Shown here: positions 1-9,514 of the stretch, piece after piece
How positions within the stretch are numbered: position 1 is the stretch's first letter
Layout of the letters: each line of letters begins with the position of its first letter
DNA from: an uncultured delta proteobacterium
Lineage (GTDB): Bacteria > Desulfobacterota > Binatia > UBA9968
NCBI GenBank assembly: GCA_963847445.1
Contig: CAWJZV010000029.1
Span: 1-28,824, forward strand
DNA: 28,824 nucleotides
Direction of reading: 5' to 3'
Position numbers and translations under genes: made by a program
The notes under the pieces: model-generated
What the model was told of the DNA's origin: nothing
The model's input: only the letters and a program-made list of their open reading frames with translations
Database searches by the model: none

Positions 1-88
1 TGCGTGAGAAGTAGAGACTCTACGGCGACGGCTCATACGCCACCTGTCATTTTTCAGCATTTTTCAGGGTCAAGCTTTTCAATACAAG

Positions 89-108
89 CCGTGCGCGTTG
101 GCGCACGG
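89..108. repeat. 8-bp perfect hairpin downstream of the gluconolactonase gene (possible terminator/REP)
   Basis: CCGTGCGC-GTTG-GCGCACGG; no clear U-tract. Confidence 0.35.
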
Positions 109-161
109 GCCTGGGTGTGGGGCGCACCATATACGACCGCGTAATTTGCTACTCAGCGCGA

Positions 162-1076
162 CTATTTGAATGCGCCAATGCCGGGTGTTTTAACTTCGAG
201 TTTGGCGAGGGCAGCCGCGCGGGGTGAGATACAGCGTGCGGAAGGTCCGGGCCGCCGAAAGCGAGGTTGCGAACCACTCTCCGGCATCCGGAGGATGCCG
301 ATGACGCTCACCCGATGGCGCGATCACCCAGATGCCGCCGGAGCCGACGCAGAAACAGCCGACCCTTGGTGTCGACCTTCATCCCGTCTGGGACGCCAGG
401 AGCCGCCGAGGACATATCGCAGAACACGCGGTTGTTGCTCAAGGCTCCCGTCCGGGGCCACGTCGAACGCGCGGATGCGCCGATGCGGACAAGCCTCGCC
501 ACGCTCCGCCTCCCGGAAGCAGCGCTCGTCGAGCCGGCTGATCGCTACGTACAGCACCGACTCGTCGGGCGAGAACGCCAGCCCATTGGGGTACTCGCAC
601 TCGTCGGTGGCCAGGTGCAGGTGGCCCGTCGGGTCGATGCGAAAGACCCCGGAAAATCCGATCTCGCGCAGCTCTGCCGGGAGGCGCAGCCCGGGGGTCG
701 GTGAAATAGATGGTGCCGTCGGAAGCGGCACACCACGTCATTAGGCTTATTGAAGCGTTCGCCTTGCCAGCGCTCGGCGATGGCCGTGACCGTGCCATCG
801 GCCGCCATGCGGGTAATGCGCCGGTGATCGGCGCCTTCGCACATGATGAGACGGCCCTGGCGGTCGAGGGTGCAGCCGTTGCCCTCGCCGGCATTCTCCC
901 GCACTACGGTTACCTGCCCCGGTCGGGTCCCAGCGCAGCAGCCGGTTCCCCTCGAGATCGACAAAGGTGACATAGCCGCTCGGCGTGCCAGAGCGGCCCT
1001 TCGGCGCGGCCCCAGCCAGTGGCAAGCTGGGTCGGCTCGGTGGATGCGAATATGTCGGAGAGGTTCTCTCAGCCAT
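162..1076 (-). CDS. SMP-30/gluconolactonase/LRE family protein, broken by multiple frameshifts
   Basis: AGGAGG RBS before ATG at 1076. Motifs are spread over several frames: EGPLWH, GNGCTLDRQGRLIMCE, FNKPNDVV, DGTIYFTDP, PNGLAFSPDESVLYV, PDGMKVD, NLAFGG; ends PGIGAFK* at 162-164. Confidence 0.85.
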
Positions 1077-1174
1077 CGTGCACCTCCTGGTTTTGCATGG
1101 AGCGGTAATGGAACAGTGCGAGAGATCGCGACGATGCTGCTTGTTCTCGCGTAGACGGACTTCTGGGGCACTAT

Positions 1175-1310
1175 TTACGCTCCAGGCAGCAGCGAAAAAT
1201 CGACAAACTTCTGCGGGTCGAGATCGGGCGGGATCCGCGCTGTGGCTCGCGCGCGGCAGCAAAAAGCTCATTGCCAGCAATAGGACGATCGATGGCAATT
1301 GTCGTTTCAT
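1175..1310 (-). pseudogene. Hollowed SBP remnant: signal peptide joined to an NMT1-type SBP C-terminal tail
   Basis: AAGGAG RBS, then MKRQLPSIVLLLAMSFLLPRASHSA; a shifted frame reads IPPDLDPQKFVDFSLLPGA*, resembling the tail PEEFVDTSFV of 2864-3871. Confidence 0.6.
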
Positions 1311-1507
1311 GCTTTGACTCCTTCACACGATGGCTGTCCACTTATGATTGGTCAGGGATAGAAGTGTCCTCAGCCTGCGCTGGAGATCTTAATCAAGGGC
1401 GAGAGCGCCCGTCAAACTCGTGAGGCGCTTTTGCGCGCCAACACATGGGCGATAGCGTTCGATCCTTTGTCGGCGAGCAACCGTGGTTTTGAATTTGGCG
1501 ACAATTG

Positions 1508-1536
1508 TTGACAGCCAGCAACGCCGCTCTTAGAGT
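1508..1536 (+). promoter_or_regulatory. sigma70-like promoter
   Basis: TTGACA-N17-TAGAGT upstream of the SBP gene at 1571. Confidence 0.55.
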
Positions 1537-1570
1537 GGGCACCGGCTCCTATGCTGTGGCTTTAGCTATA

Positions 1571-2698
1571 ATGACAAAGGCATTATTAACATTTCTCCTT
1601 ACCCTCTCCATCAGCGGCAGCAGCTTTGCTGCGGATGCTAAGCCGGCGTGGCGCATCGAATGGGACAAGACCGTGGCGGCAGCGGAGAAGGAGGGCACGG
1701 TTTCGATTTACATATTCGAAGCCGGGCCGCTCACCGAAGAAACCGTGCTAGCCTTCGAGCGCGCCTATCCGAAGATTAAAGTTAACCAATTGCGCGGCCG
1801 CGGCAACGATCTCGGTCCGCGCATCGTCGCCGAGCGGCGCGCCGGCAAATATCTGGTCGATCTCTTCGCCGGTGGCAAAGGGACCGCGTTGGGCACCCTT
1901 TACGTCGGCAAACTGCTGGATCCAATCAAGCCGCTTTTGCTGCTTCCGGATGTCCTGGATGAAACGAAATGGTGGCGCCGCGAACATAAATACGTCGATC
2001 CGGAGAATAAATATATTTTCGCTTACATCGGCAACGCCGGCGGTGTCGAGATCAATTACAATTCTACTTCGGTCAACCCCAAGGAGTTTACATCCTATTG
2101 GGATCTGACCCAGCCCAAATGGAAAGGCAAAATCGCCGCCACCGACCCGCGTTCCCGCGGCATGGACAACCCGGTGCTGTTTTTCTACTACCATGCCAAA
2201 CTTGGGCCCGAGTTCATTCGCAAACTTTACGGCGACATGGAAGTCGCGATCGCGCGCGACTATCGGCAGCCGGTGGATTGGCTGGCATCTGGAAGGTACG
2301 CCCTCTGTATCCCCTGTGTTTCGGACGAAATGGACAAGGCGATGGATCAAGGTCTGCCGGTGGGGCAAATTCTCCGGCTTAAGGAAGGCGGCACCCTGAG
2401 TTCTTCCGGTGGGACGCTGACGTTGCTGCAAAATGCGCCCCATCCCAATGCGGCGAAAGTATTCGTCAACTGGCTGTTGTCGCGGGAAGGACAAACCGTG
2501 GTGCAAAAAGGCCGCAAGGGGCGCACGCGCACCGCGTCCAATTCGCTGCGAATCGATATTGCCAAGAACGAGCTGCCGGAAGAAGTTCAACGCCGAGAGG
2601 GCGTCGACTACTTCGATGCCGACGATGATAACTGCCCCGCCGCCCGGCGGACAAGTTGTTCAACGAAATTTTCGGCAAGACGGCTAAATAAACTGTGA
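1571..2698 (+). CDS. ABC-type extracellular solute-binding protein (Fe3+/thiamine/polyamine-like family)
   Basis: Signal peptide MTKALLTFLL...AFA-like; AAEKEG, SYWDLTQPKWKGKI, APHPNAAKVFVNWLLSREGQ. A probable frameshift near 2632 would give the true end RRPADKLFNEIFGKTAK* at 2691. Confidence 0.9.
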   Translation: MTKALLTFLLTLSISGSSFAADAKPAWRIEWDKTVAAAEKEGTVSIYIFEAGPLTEETVLAFERAYPKIKVNQLRGRGNDLGPRIVAERRAGKYLVDLFAGGKGTALGTLYVGKLLDPIKPLLLLPDVLDETKWWRREHKYVDPENKYIFAYIGNAGGVEINYNSTSVNPKEFTSYWDLTQPKWKGKIAATDPRSRGMDNPVLFFYYHAKLGPEFIRKLYGDMEVAIARDYRQPVDWLASGRYALCIPCVSDEMDKAMDQGLPVGQILRLKEGGTLSSSGGTLTLLQNAPHPNAAKVFVNWLLSREGQTVVQKGRKGRTRTASNSLRIDIAKNELPEEVQRREGVDYFDADDDNCPAARRTSCSTKFSARRLNKL

Positions 2699-2707
2699 GC
2701 GAAACTC

Positions 2708-2832
2708 GGAATATCTCCCGCAAAGGCGTCAAGCTCGCAAAGTTCCGAACAGGACGGTAAAAATCAATCGTAAGAATTTTAATCCTCTCAGTCTGAACTT
2801 CGCGCCTTTGCGCCTTTGCGGGAGGAATATCC
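2708..2832. repeat. REP/REPIN-like intergenic inverted repeat
   Basis: CTCCCGCAAAGGCG (2715-2728) and CGCCTTTGCGGGAG (2811-2824) form a perfect 14-bp IR, with further imperfect pairing inside and outside. Confidence 0.75.
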
Positions 2833-2863
2833 GGTTCCGATAGATTACATTTGGGAGAATGCC

Positions 2864-3871
2864 ATGACGAAGATCGTTGGGCGAAGCGGGTTACTCACAT
2901 TGGTTCTAGCGCTGCTGGTGTTCGCAGTGCAAGGCGCGGCGCAGGACAAGCCTCTAAAAAAAATCTATTGGGGCGTGTCGACTTTGTCGCCGAACTTGTG
3001 GATCCCGTGGCTCGCTAAGGACGCGAAGATATTCGACAAGAACGGCCTCGATGTCGAAGCGGTTTTGCTCAATGGCTCGGGACGAACTTCACAGGCGCTC
3101 TTGTCGGGCAGTTTGTTTGCCGCGTCGGTGGCGTTGCCGCAAGTCATGCTGGCGGATTTGACCGGCGCGGACTTGGCCAACGTCGCCCATGGTATCGGTG
3201 TGCAGGCGAGCCGTCTCATGGTGCGGCCGGAGATTCGCAAGGTCGAAGATCTCAAGGGGAAACGGATCGGCATATCGAGCTTGGGTTCCGCCGGCGATCT
3301 GTTGTTCGGCTACGTGCTGCGCAAATACGGCATAGACACGACCCGCGAGATCATCTGGCTAGCGGTCGGCAATACCGCCGAGCGGCTGCAAGCACTCATA
3401 ACCGGGACGGTCGATGCGGCGGACATGACTTATCCCGCCGACGTTGAGGCGGAACGCAAAGGCTTTCGCCCCTTGCTCGATGCGCGCAAAGAAATTGTCT
3501 ATCCGACCGCGTCGGTGGTGACGCGGCGCAAGACGATTCGCGAAGAGCGCGATACGGTGATGCGCTTCGTGCGTTCGTTTGTCGAAGGCATCGCCTATCT
3601 CAAGCAGAATAAAGAATTCAGCAAAAAGGTGCTGACCAAATACATGCGCACGACCGATGCGGAATATCTTGAAGGCTCCTACAACATGTTCCGGGAAGAT
3701 TTCATTTCCGTGCCCTATCCGATCACCAAAAATCTCGATGCGATCTACGAGATCGCGGCGTTTCGCCGCCCGGAGATCCGCACGCACAAACCCGAGGAGT
3801 TCGTCGACACGAGCTTTGTCGCCGAATTCGAGAAGAGCGGCTTCATCAAAAAGCTTTATGAGAGGAAGTAG
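2864..3871 (+). CDS. ABC-type substrate-binding protein, NMT1/THI5/SsuA-like
   Basis: GGGAG RBS, signal peptide; FDKNGLDVE, IRKVEDLKGKRIGISSLGS, RLQALITGTVDAA, PEEFVDTSFVAE. Confidence 0.92.
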   Translation: MTKIVGRSGLLTLVLALLVFAVQGAAQDKPLKKIYWGVSTLSPNLWIPWLAKDAKIFDKNGLDVEAVLLNGSGRTSQALLSGSLFAASVALPQVMLADLTGADLANVAHGIGVQASRLMVRPEIRKVEDLKGKRIGISSLGSAGDLLFGYVLRKYGIDTTREIIWLAVGNTAERLQALITGTVDAADMTYPADVEAERKGFRPLLDARKEIVYPTASVVTRRKTIREERDTVMRFVRSFVEGIAYLKQNKEFSKKVLTKYMRTTDAEYLEGSYNMFREDFISVPYPITKNLDAIYEIAAFRRPEIRTHKPEEFVDTSFVAEFEKSGFIKKLYERK

Positions 3872-3881
3872 GAGGGGAATG

Positions 3882-4053
3882 GCCGCAAAGAACCAGTCGA
3901 AGGGCAAAAGGATGAGGATCATTCCTACGAAGGACGAAGAGCACGAAGTTCGGAAGAGGCTTCGGCCGAAGGAGGGATCGCGTAAGCGGCTAACCTAAGA
4001 GGGCGCAGCATTGGCCCTTGCGATTCGAACCTTGTGCCTTCGTTCTTTGCGGC
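3882..4053. repeat. REP-like inverted repeat between convergent SBP genes
   Basis: GCCGCAAAGAAC (3882-3893) and GTTCTTTGCGGC (4042-4053); adjacent GAAGGGCAAAAGG pairs imperfectly with CCTTGTGCCTTC. Confidence 0.65.
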
Positions 4054-4094
4054 TGAAATCTGTTGTCTCATTTGGTTACCAGTTACGGCACCAT

Positions 4095-5159
4095 TCACGC
4101 GCCTTTGCGGCCGGTTTCCTTCAGTAGCTTGTCCCACCGTTCGAGTTCTTTTTCGTATTTATCCAGCGGCAGATCGCGTTCGGGACGCCATTTTTTAAAG
4201 CCGTAATTTTTTGCGCCGTTGCCGTAGTGGTATTTCTCCAGGATGCCTTGGCCTTCCGGCCCGAGCAGGTAGTCGGCGAGCAGCAACGCGGCGTGCGGAT
4301 GGGGTGGTTGCGCGGCGATGGCGACGCCGCCGACGTTGGTCGGCACGACATCCATGGCGACCCATTCCACCGGCGCGCCTTTTTGTTGGGCGACGATCAC
4401 ATGGTTACGAAAGATCGCCGCGCCGGCGATCAATTCTCCCGAGGCGATGAGATCGAGCAAAGCTGGCGGGATGATCGTGTGCAGAGGGATATCCTGGCCT
4501 TTGAGTTTTTTCAGAAATTCAGGCCCGCGGGTTTTCAGCATGCCGGCGATGGACTTGTTACTGGTGTCGTCGAGGGTGAGGCCCATTCTGCCCTTGAGGG
4601 CGGGATGCAGCAGCCCTTGGTAATTTTTCGGCACGGCGTCTTTGGGCAGCAGGTTCTTGTTATAGCCGAAGCCGATGTAGGACTCCCGCGCCGTGCCCCA
4701 GAAGTAGAGGCCGCGTTCGCCTTTGACCTTGGCGTCCTCGGGATAGGAGGCAAAATAGGGAGAGTGATAAGGCCGTAGCAAAAACGCCTCGCGCTGGAAC
4801 ATTAAGTTTGATTCGGTGGTTTCGATGGTGTCGACGATGGACTTTCTCGCCTTGGCTTCCTCGAACATACGGTTGGTGATCTCGCCGCCGTTGGCGCGGT
4901 AGGCTTCGATTTTGACGCCGGCATATTTTGTCTCGAAGGCCTTGATCATGGCCTTGTAGGAGTCGCCGGCGAGGGACGTGTACCAGGTCGCTTTCCCTTC
5001 GGTCTTCGCGCCGGCGTAGAGCACCGCTTCGCGGTCTTTGCCGTTGTAGGTGACCAGCTCGGAAGCGGTCTGCGGTTTGCGCGGCTGAGCGTCGAGTTCG
5101 CCGGGGAATAGCATCGAACCGAGCGCTAGGACTGATAGGACGAATAATAATACGGGCAT
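4095..5159 (-). CDS. Extracellular solute-binding protein (Fe/polyamine-like), tandem paralog
   Basis: AGGAG RBS; MPVLLFVLSVLALG signal peptide; GAKTEGKATWYTS, PPHPHAALLLADYLLG. Confidence 0.92.
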   Translation of the reverse strand: MPVLLFVLSVLALGSMLFPGELDAQPRKPQTASELVTYNGKDREAVLYAGAKTEGKATWYTSLAGDSYKAMIKAFETKYAGVKIEAYRANGGEITNRMFEEAKARKSIVDTIETTESNLMFQREAFLLRPYHSPYFASYPEDAKVKGERGLYFWGTARESYIGFGYNKNLLPKDAVPKNYQGLLHPALKGRMGLTLDDTSNKSIAGMLKTRGPEFLKKLKGQDIPLHTIIPPALLDLIASGELIAGAAIFRNHVIVAQQKGAPVEWVAMDVVPTNVGGVAIAAQPPHPHAALLLADYLLGPEGQGILEKYHYGNGAKNYGFKKWRPERDLPLDKYEKELERWDKLLKETGRKGA

Positions 5160-5224
5160 GGTTGTGGTCTCTCCTGCAAAACTCTTATCGTGCGCCGGCT
5201 CCGCTGACAAGCCGAGCTCACTTC

Positions 5225-6277
5225 TTACGCGCCGCGGCGGCTGATTTCTTTTAAAAGCTTTTCCCAGCGCTCCAGCTCCTTTTCGTATTTGTCGGTAGTG
5301 ATGCCATGGTCGGGGCGCCATTTGTTGAAACCGAGTTTCTTCGCTGCGCTGCCATATTCAAATTTCTCCAAGACCGCCTGGCCTTCACTGCCGAGAAGAT
5401 AATCGGCCAACAGCAAAGCGCCGTGCGGGTGCGGCGGTTGCACGGCGATGGCGGCGCCGCCGACATTGGTCGGCACGATGTCCATGGGCACCCATTCCAC
5501 CGGCGCGCCTTTGCTGATCGCGTTCAACGTGTGGTTGCGAAAGATGCCGGGCGACGCCAGCACTTCACCGGACGCGATCAATTCCAACAGCGCCGGCGGA
5601 ATGATCGTGTGCAGGGCGATTTCTTGCACCTTCAATTTCTTGACGAACTCTTGGCCCTTGGTGCGCAGCATGGCGCCGATGACTTTATAGGCGGGATCGC
5701 TGACCGACACGCCCATGCGGCCTTTGAGCTCTGGATGGAGCAGCCCGTCATAGCTTTTCGGCACGGCGCTTTTCGACAGGAGCTTCTTGTTGTAGGCAAA
5801 ACCGATATAGGACTCCCGCGCGATGCCCCAGAAATATAATCCGCGCTCGCTTTTTTCCTTGGCGTCCTCCGGATAGTTGGCGAAGTGCGGCGAGTGATAG
5901 GGGCGCAAGAGAAAAGCGTCGCGCATGAACATCAAGTTGCCTTCGGTGGTTTCGACGGCATCGACGATGTAACGCTTGGCCTTCGACTCCTCCATCATGC
6001 GCACGGTCATGTCGGAACCGGAGACGCGGTAGGCATCGAGCTTGACGCCGGGATACTTGGCTTCAAAGGCCTTGGCCATGCCTTTATACGAGTCGCCGGA
6101 AAGCGACGTGTACCAGGTGACTTTGCCTTCGCTCTTGGCGCCGGCGTAGAGCATCGCTTCGCGGTCTTTGCCGTTGTAAGTGACGAGCTCGGAGATGGTC
6201 TGCGGCTTACGTTGGGCGAGCAGGTCGTTGGCGAAGAGGATTGATCCGAACGATAGGACGAGTATTAGCAAATGCAT
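5225..6277 (-). CDS. Extracellular solute-binding protein (Fe/polyamine-like), tandem paralog
   Basis: AAGGAG RBS; MHLLILVLSFGSILFA signal peptide; long identical blocks shared with 4095-5159. Confidence 0.92.
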   Translation of the reverse strand: MHLLILVLSFGSILFANDLLAQRKPQTISELVTYNGKDREAMLYAGAKSEGKVTWYTSLSGDSYKGMAKAFEAKYPGVKLDAYRVSGSDMTVRMMEESKAKRYIVDAVETTEGNLMFMRDAFLLRPYHSPHFANYPEDAKEKSERGLYFWGIARESYIGFAYNKKLLSKSAVPKSYDGLLHPELKGRMGVSVSDPAYKVIGAMLRTKGQEFVKKLKVQEIALHTIIPPALLELIASGEVLASPGIFRNHTLNAISKGAPVEWVPMDIVPTNVGGAAIAVQPPHPHGALLLADYLLGSEGQAVLEKFEYGSAAKKLGFNKWRPDHGITTDKYEKELERWEKLLKEISRRGA

Positions 6278-6299
6278 CGCGATAGACTCCTTTGGTGCG

Positions 6300-6496
6300 T
6301 TAGTGTTGGCTGATTTCTCTAGCGAGTTTACCCCACTTTTAGCTGTCTTTCTCGTAGTCTTCCAAGGATCGCCCCTGGTCTTGGTACCATCTTTTGAAGC
6401 CGTAGTCTGTTGCCGGATGGCCGTAGTTGAACTTATCGAGATCTTCGGCGCGTCGGCGACGGATAGGAAAAATAGGACCAATATTAGAGCGTGCAT
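6300..6496 (-). pseudogene. Hollowed fourth SBP paralog (signal peptide plus C-terminal tail only)
   Basis: GAGGAGG RBS; MHALILVLFFLSV joined to ADAPKI/LDKFNYGHPATDYGFKRWYQDQGRSLEDYEKDS*KWGKLAREISQH*, which aligns to the tail of 6519-7568; internal TAA at 6339-6341. Confidence 0.85.
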
Positions 6497-6518
6497 CGCG
6501 GAAGCCTCCTCTGCTGCG

Positions 6519-7568
6519 TCAGCGTTGGGTGATTTCCTTGGCGAGCTTTTCCCACTTCTCGCTATCTTTCTCGAATTGTTCGAGGGAGCGGCCGAAGCCG
6601 GGATGCCAACGTTTGAACGGCAGATTGTTGGACGGATGACCGTATTGAAACTTCTCCAACACCTTGCGCGCTTCGGCGCCGAGCAGAAAGTCGACAAACA
6701 GCGTCGCGGCGTGGGGGTGCGGCGGCTGGGCGCTGAGGCTGACGCAGCCAGAGTTGGTCGGCACCAGCTCCATCGGCACCCAGCTTGCCGGCGAGCCGCG
6801 CTCGGCCGAGACCATGGCGTGGTTTCGGTAAATATGAAACGACGCGCCGAGCTCGCCTGACGCCATCAGGTCCACCAGCGCGGCGCTACTGACGGTGTAA
6901 ATGCGGATCTGCTGCGCTTTGAGTTTTTTGACAAAGGCTTCGCCCTTAATTTTAATCATGGCGCCGATCATGCGCGCCGAACTTTCATTGAGCGTGATGC
7001 CGAATTTCCCTTTCAACTGCGGATGGAGCAGGCCGTCGAACCCTTTGGGCACGGCATCGGCCGGCACCTGATCCTTGCTCAAACCGAAACCCATGTACGA
7101 TTCGCGAAAGATCGTCCAGAAGGTTAGTCCGGCATCGGCCTTCTCCTTGGCGTCGCTTGGGTAGGCGGCGAGCAGCGGCGAATTGTACGGCCGGGTGAGG
7201 CTGTAGGCCTTCGACACCATGGTGAAATCGTAGGTGGTTTCGAGCGCATCCATGGTCGGCCGCCGCGCCTTGGTTTCCTCCGACATGCGCGTGACCAGTT
7301 CGCTGCCGCCGGCGCGAAACGCTTCGACGCGCACGCCCGGATATTTGGTTTCGAAGGCGCGCGCCAGCGTCTTGTACGAGTCGCCCGCCAGCGAGGTGTA
7401 CCAGGTGATCACGCCTTCGCTCTTGGCGCCGGCATAGAGCAGCTGCTCGCGGTCCGCGCCCATGTAGGTGGAGATTTCCGACACGGTGGCGGGCTTGCGC
7501 GGCTGGGCGAAGAGTTGATTGGGGTAAAGAAGCGAAAAGACTATTAGACCGGATATCGCATGCAACAT
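6519..7568 (-). CDS. Extracellular solute-binding protein (Fe/polyamine-like), tandem paralog
   Basis: GGGAG RBS; MLHAISGLIVFSLL signal peptide; GAKSEGVITWYTS, PPHPHAATLFVDFLLG. Confidence 0.92.
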   Translation of the reverse strand: MLHAISGLIVFSLLYPNQLFAQPRKPATVSEISTYMGADREQLLYAGAKSEGVITWYTSLAGDSYKTLARAFETKYPGVRVEAFRAGGSELVTRMSEETKARRPTMDALETTYDFTMVSKAYSLTRPYNSPLLAAYPSDAKEKADAGLTFWTIFRESYMGFGLSKDQVPADAVPKGFDGLLHPQLKGKFGITLNESSARMIGAMIKIKGEAFVKKLKAQQIRIYTVSSAALVDLMASGELGASFHIYRNHAMVSAERGSPASWVPMELVPTNSGCVSLSAQPPHPHAATLFVDFLLGAEARKVLEKFQYGHPSNNLPFKRWHPGFGRSLEQFEKDSEKWEKLAKEITQR

Positions 7569-7629
7569 GACGGTGATCTCCCTGTGGCTTCGCTCGCCGA
7601 TGCGGCTGGCGGCGCGTATCACTTCCGCC

Positions 7630-7659
7630 CGGATAGCATGGCGCATCGAAGCGAGTCAA
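7630..7659 (-). promoter_or_regulatory. Possible sigma70 promoter for the SBP array
   Basis: TTGACT-N18-TATCCG with an extended-10 TG; the -10 box is imperfect. Confidence 0.3.
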
Positions 7660-7816
7660 TGCGCCTAGAGAGTTGTTTCGCCTGGCGAAATTAACGGCAA
7701 GAGTCGAAGAAGCGAGATGCGTGGCTAGGCTGATTCGATTTCAGCCATTCCATTTTCCGTGGAATTGGAACGGGAACAGGCGTTCTAGCCTTCTGTTAGA
7801 GCGCCTGTTCTCGTCG

Positions 7817-8030
7817 ATGGGTTTGGCAACGTATGCAGGCAGCACCGTCAGCGGCACCATCACCCCGGCTGAGGTGCTCGCCCAAACCGCACAGGGGATC
7901 GCTGCCGGGGAGTTCGAAGAACTTGTCCGCGCGCTCCAAGCCGGTGCAGCCTACGCCAACGTTCACTCGACGCTCCACACACCCTGGTGAAATTCGCGGA
8001 CAGATCGACCAAGTACGTAAGGACGACTAA
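7817..8030 (+). pseudogene. CHRD-domain protein remnant (C-terminal part)
   Basis: GTITPAEVLAQTAQGIAAGEFEELVRALQAGAAYANVHSTLH/PGEIRGQI matches the CHRD C-terminal motif Y.NVH....P.GEIRGQ; N-terminal half absent; frameshift near 7980. Confidence 0.75.
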
Positions 8031-8057
8031 CTCGACCCCAATTCTGGTCTTGTCGAT

Positions 8058-8101
8058 AAAGCGGGGCTTCGACAAATTGTCCGTGGGAGCCCCGCTTTTT
8101 T
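8058..8101. terminator. Intrinsic terminator, possibly bidirectional
   Basis: AAAGCGGGGCT ... AGCCCCGCTTT stem ending in a T run, between convergent genes. Confidence 0.6.
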
Positions 8102-8114
8102 ATCGATGAAGCGT

Positions 8115-9200
8115 TTACTTGCTTCCCTGCTCCATATACTGGCGCAGGAAGCTCAATAGCTCCGGCGCTACTTGCGCGGCGCGTTGAAAAGTTTTCTCTC
8201 CCTGTTCGCCGATCTCGAAGCGCGGATAAAAGCGCATGACTTTCTGCGATTCGGCGATGAAATCGGCGTCTTTCGATAGCGCTGTGACCGCTTGCCGCAG
8301 CGTCGTCACCGCTTCCGGCGGCGAGTTGGGCGGCAGCATGATGGTGCGGGTCATGTTGGTGCTCGACATGTTCGCGGCTTTCAATGCGTCGTACTTGATG
8401 CCGCTCGGCAGCTTGCCAAAAACTTGCCGGTAATAATGGGTGAAGGGGAGCAGTTCCGGAACATCGGGACTGACGACGATCTCGCCGTCGAAGGAGACCA
8501 GATCGGTGTAATAGAGCGCTGTGACCATGCCGGTTTGCACCATCTGCGGTTCGACGGCGGAGCGGTAGCTCGGCAGCGTCTCGTCGTGGTAGTGCGCTTC
8601 GCCGCGCTGCACCGCGAGCCTGGCGGTGGACGAGGAATTGTATCCAGTCACGTAATCGTATTTCAGCCCAAGCAGATCGAAGGACAGCCGAAAACGCACG
8701 TCTTTGGAACTCGCTAAGCCCAACCCCGCCGCTCTGAAACGGTCGGCCTTGACGAAGTCCGCGGCCTTCTTAATGCCCGGCGCGAGATCGGAGCGAATAT
8801 AAGAAACCGTCACTCCCTGGACGCCGGAGATGAAGCCGAACTTGGCGAAGTCGACGCGCAGGCCCGGCTCTTTCAACTGATGATGAAACAAGGTGCCGGT
8901 GAGATAGCCGGCGGTAAGACCATCCGGTTTCGCCACCTCGCCGAGAAAATTCACCGCGGTCACGCCGCCGCCCCCGCCCATCGCCTGGATCGTCACCGCG
9001 GGATTGCCTGGAATATGCTTCGCTAAATGTTTGGCGATGACCCGCCCTTCGATATCGGTGGGGCCGCCGGCGGCGAAGTTGATGATGACGGTGAGCGTCT
9101 TGCCCTGATAGAAAGGAACCTTCTCCGCGGCGCGCACCGGCGTGTAAATACCGAGAACCAAACCGAGGCAGGAAATCTGCAATAAATGTTTTCGTTTCAT
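8115..9200 (-). CDS. Bug/TctC-like tripartite tricarboxylate transporter substrate-binding protein
   Basis: AAGGAG RBS, signal peptide; FYQGKTLTVIINFAAGGPTD, KHIPGNP, KPDGLT, VTGY...LAVQRGE. Confidence 0.88.
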   Translation of the reverse strand: MKRKHLLQISCLGLVLGIYTPVRAAEKVPFYQGKTLTVIINFAAGGPTDIEGRVIAKHLAKHIPGNPAVTIQAMGGGGGVTAVNFLGEVAKPDGLTAGYLTGTLFHHQLKEPGLRVDFAKFGFISGVQGVTVSYIRSDLAPGIKKAADFVKADRFRAAGLGLASSKDVRFRLSFDLLGLKYDYVTGYNSSSTARLAVQRGEAHYHDETLPSYRSAVEPQMVQTGMVTALYYTDLVSFDGEIVVSPDVPELLPFTHYYRQVFGKLPSGIKYDALKAANMSSTNMTRTIMLPPNSPPEAVTTLRQAVTALSKDADFIAESQKVMRFYPRFEIGEQGEKTFQRAAQVAPELLSFLRQYMEQGSK

Positions 9201-9514
9201 GGTGCTCTCCTTTTTGACGCTGGAAAGTTAGAAACAGAAATCCCTTTAAACCGCGCCGCCGCCACAGTGGTTGCAAAGGAACCTTTAGCATTAAACTCAT
9301 CTGGCGCCAAATGCGCCGACAATAGCCCGCATGTCCGGCTAAATCAGCGTCTTGGCCACCCGTGGAGACCGCGTCCGATTGCCGCAGCTTGCCAAAGTCA
9401 CCAGCAAATCTCCGGGCAAACTCCATAACTGTTCAACGCCACGGTCGATATTAGGTCTCAGGTCGGGAGTCGGCACAAGATAATTATCCGCCTTCGCCGC
9501 CCCGATGATTTATA

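Noticed and set aside
1-80. Possible gene start (MSRRRRVSTSHA, minus strand) and TTTTTCAG repeat suggesting an IS end
   Set aside because: Too little sequence at the window edge to support any call
3879-3998. Small basic ORF MAAKNQSKGK... with an apparent RBS
   Set aside because: Lies almost entirely within the REP-like inverted repeat, and the RBS overlaps the upstream stop; no family motif
5225-6697. 490-aa SBP as given in the ORF track
   Set aside because: The extension is an out-of-frame read of the upstream gene end and the collapsed paralog; RBS and signal peptide support a start at 6277
9205-9510. Riboswitch or ncRNA in the divergent spacer between TctC and the kinase
   Set aside because: No recognisable aptamer consensus or convincing long stem
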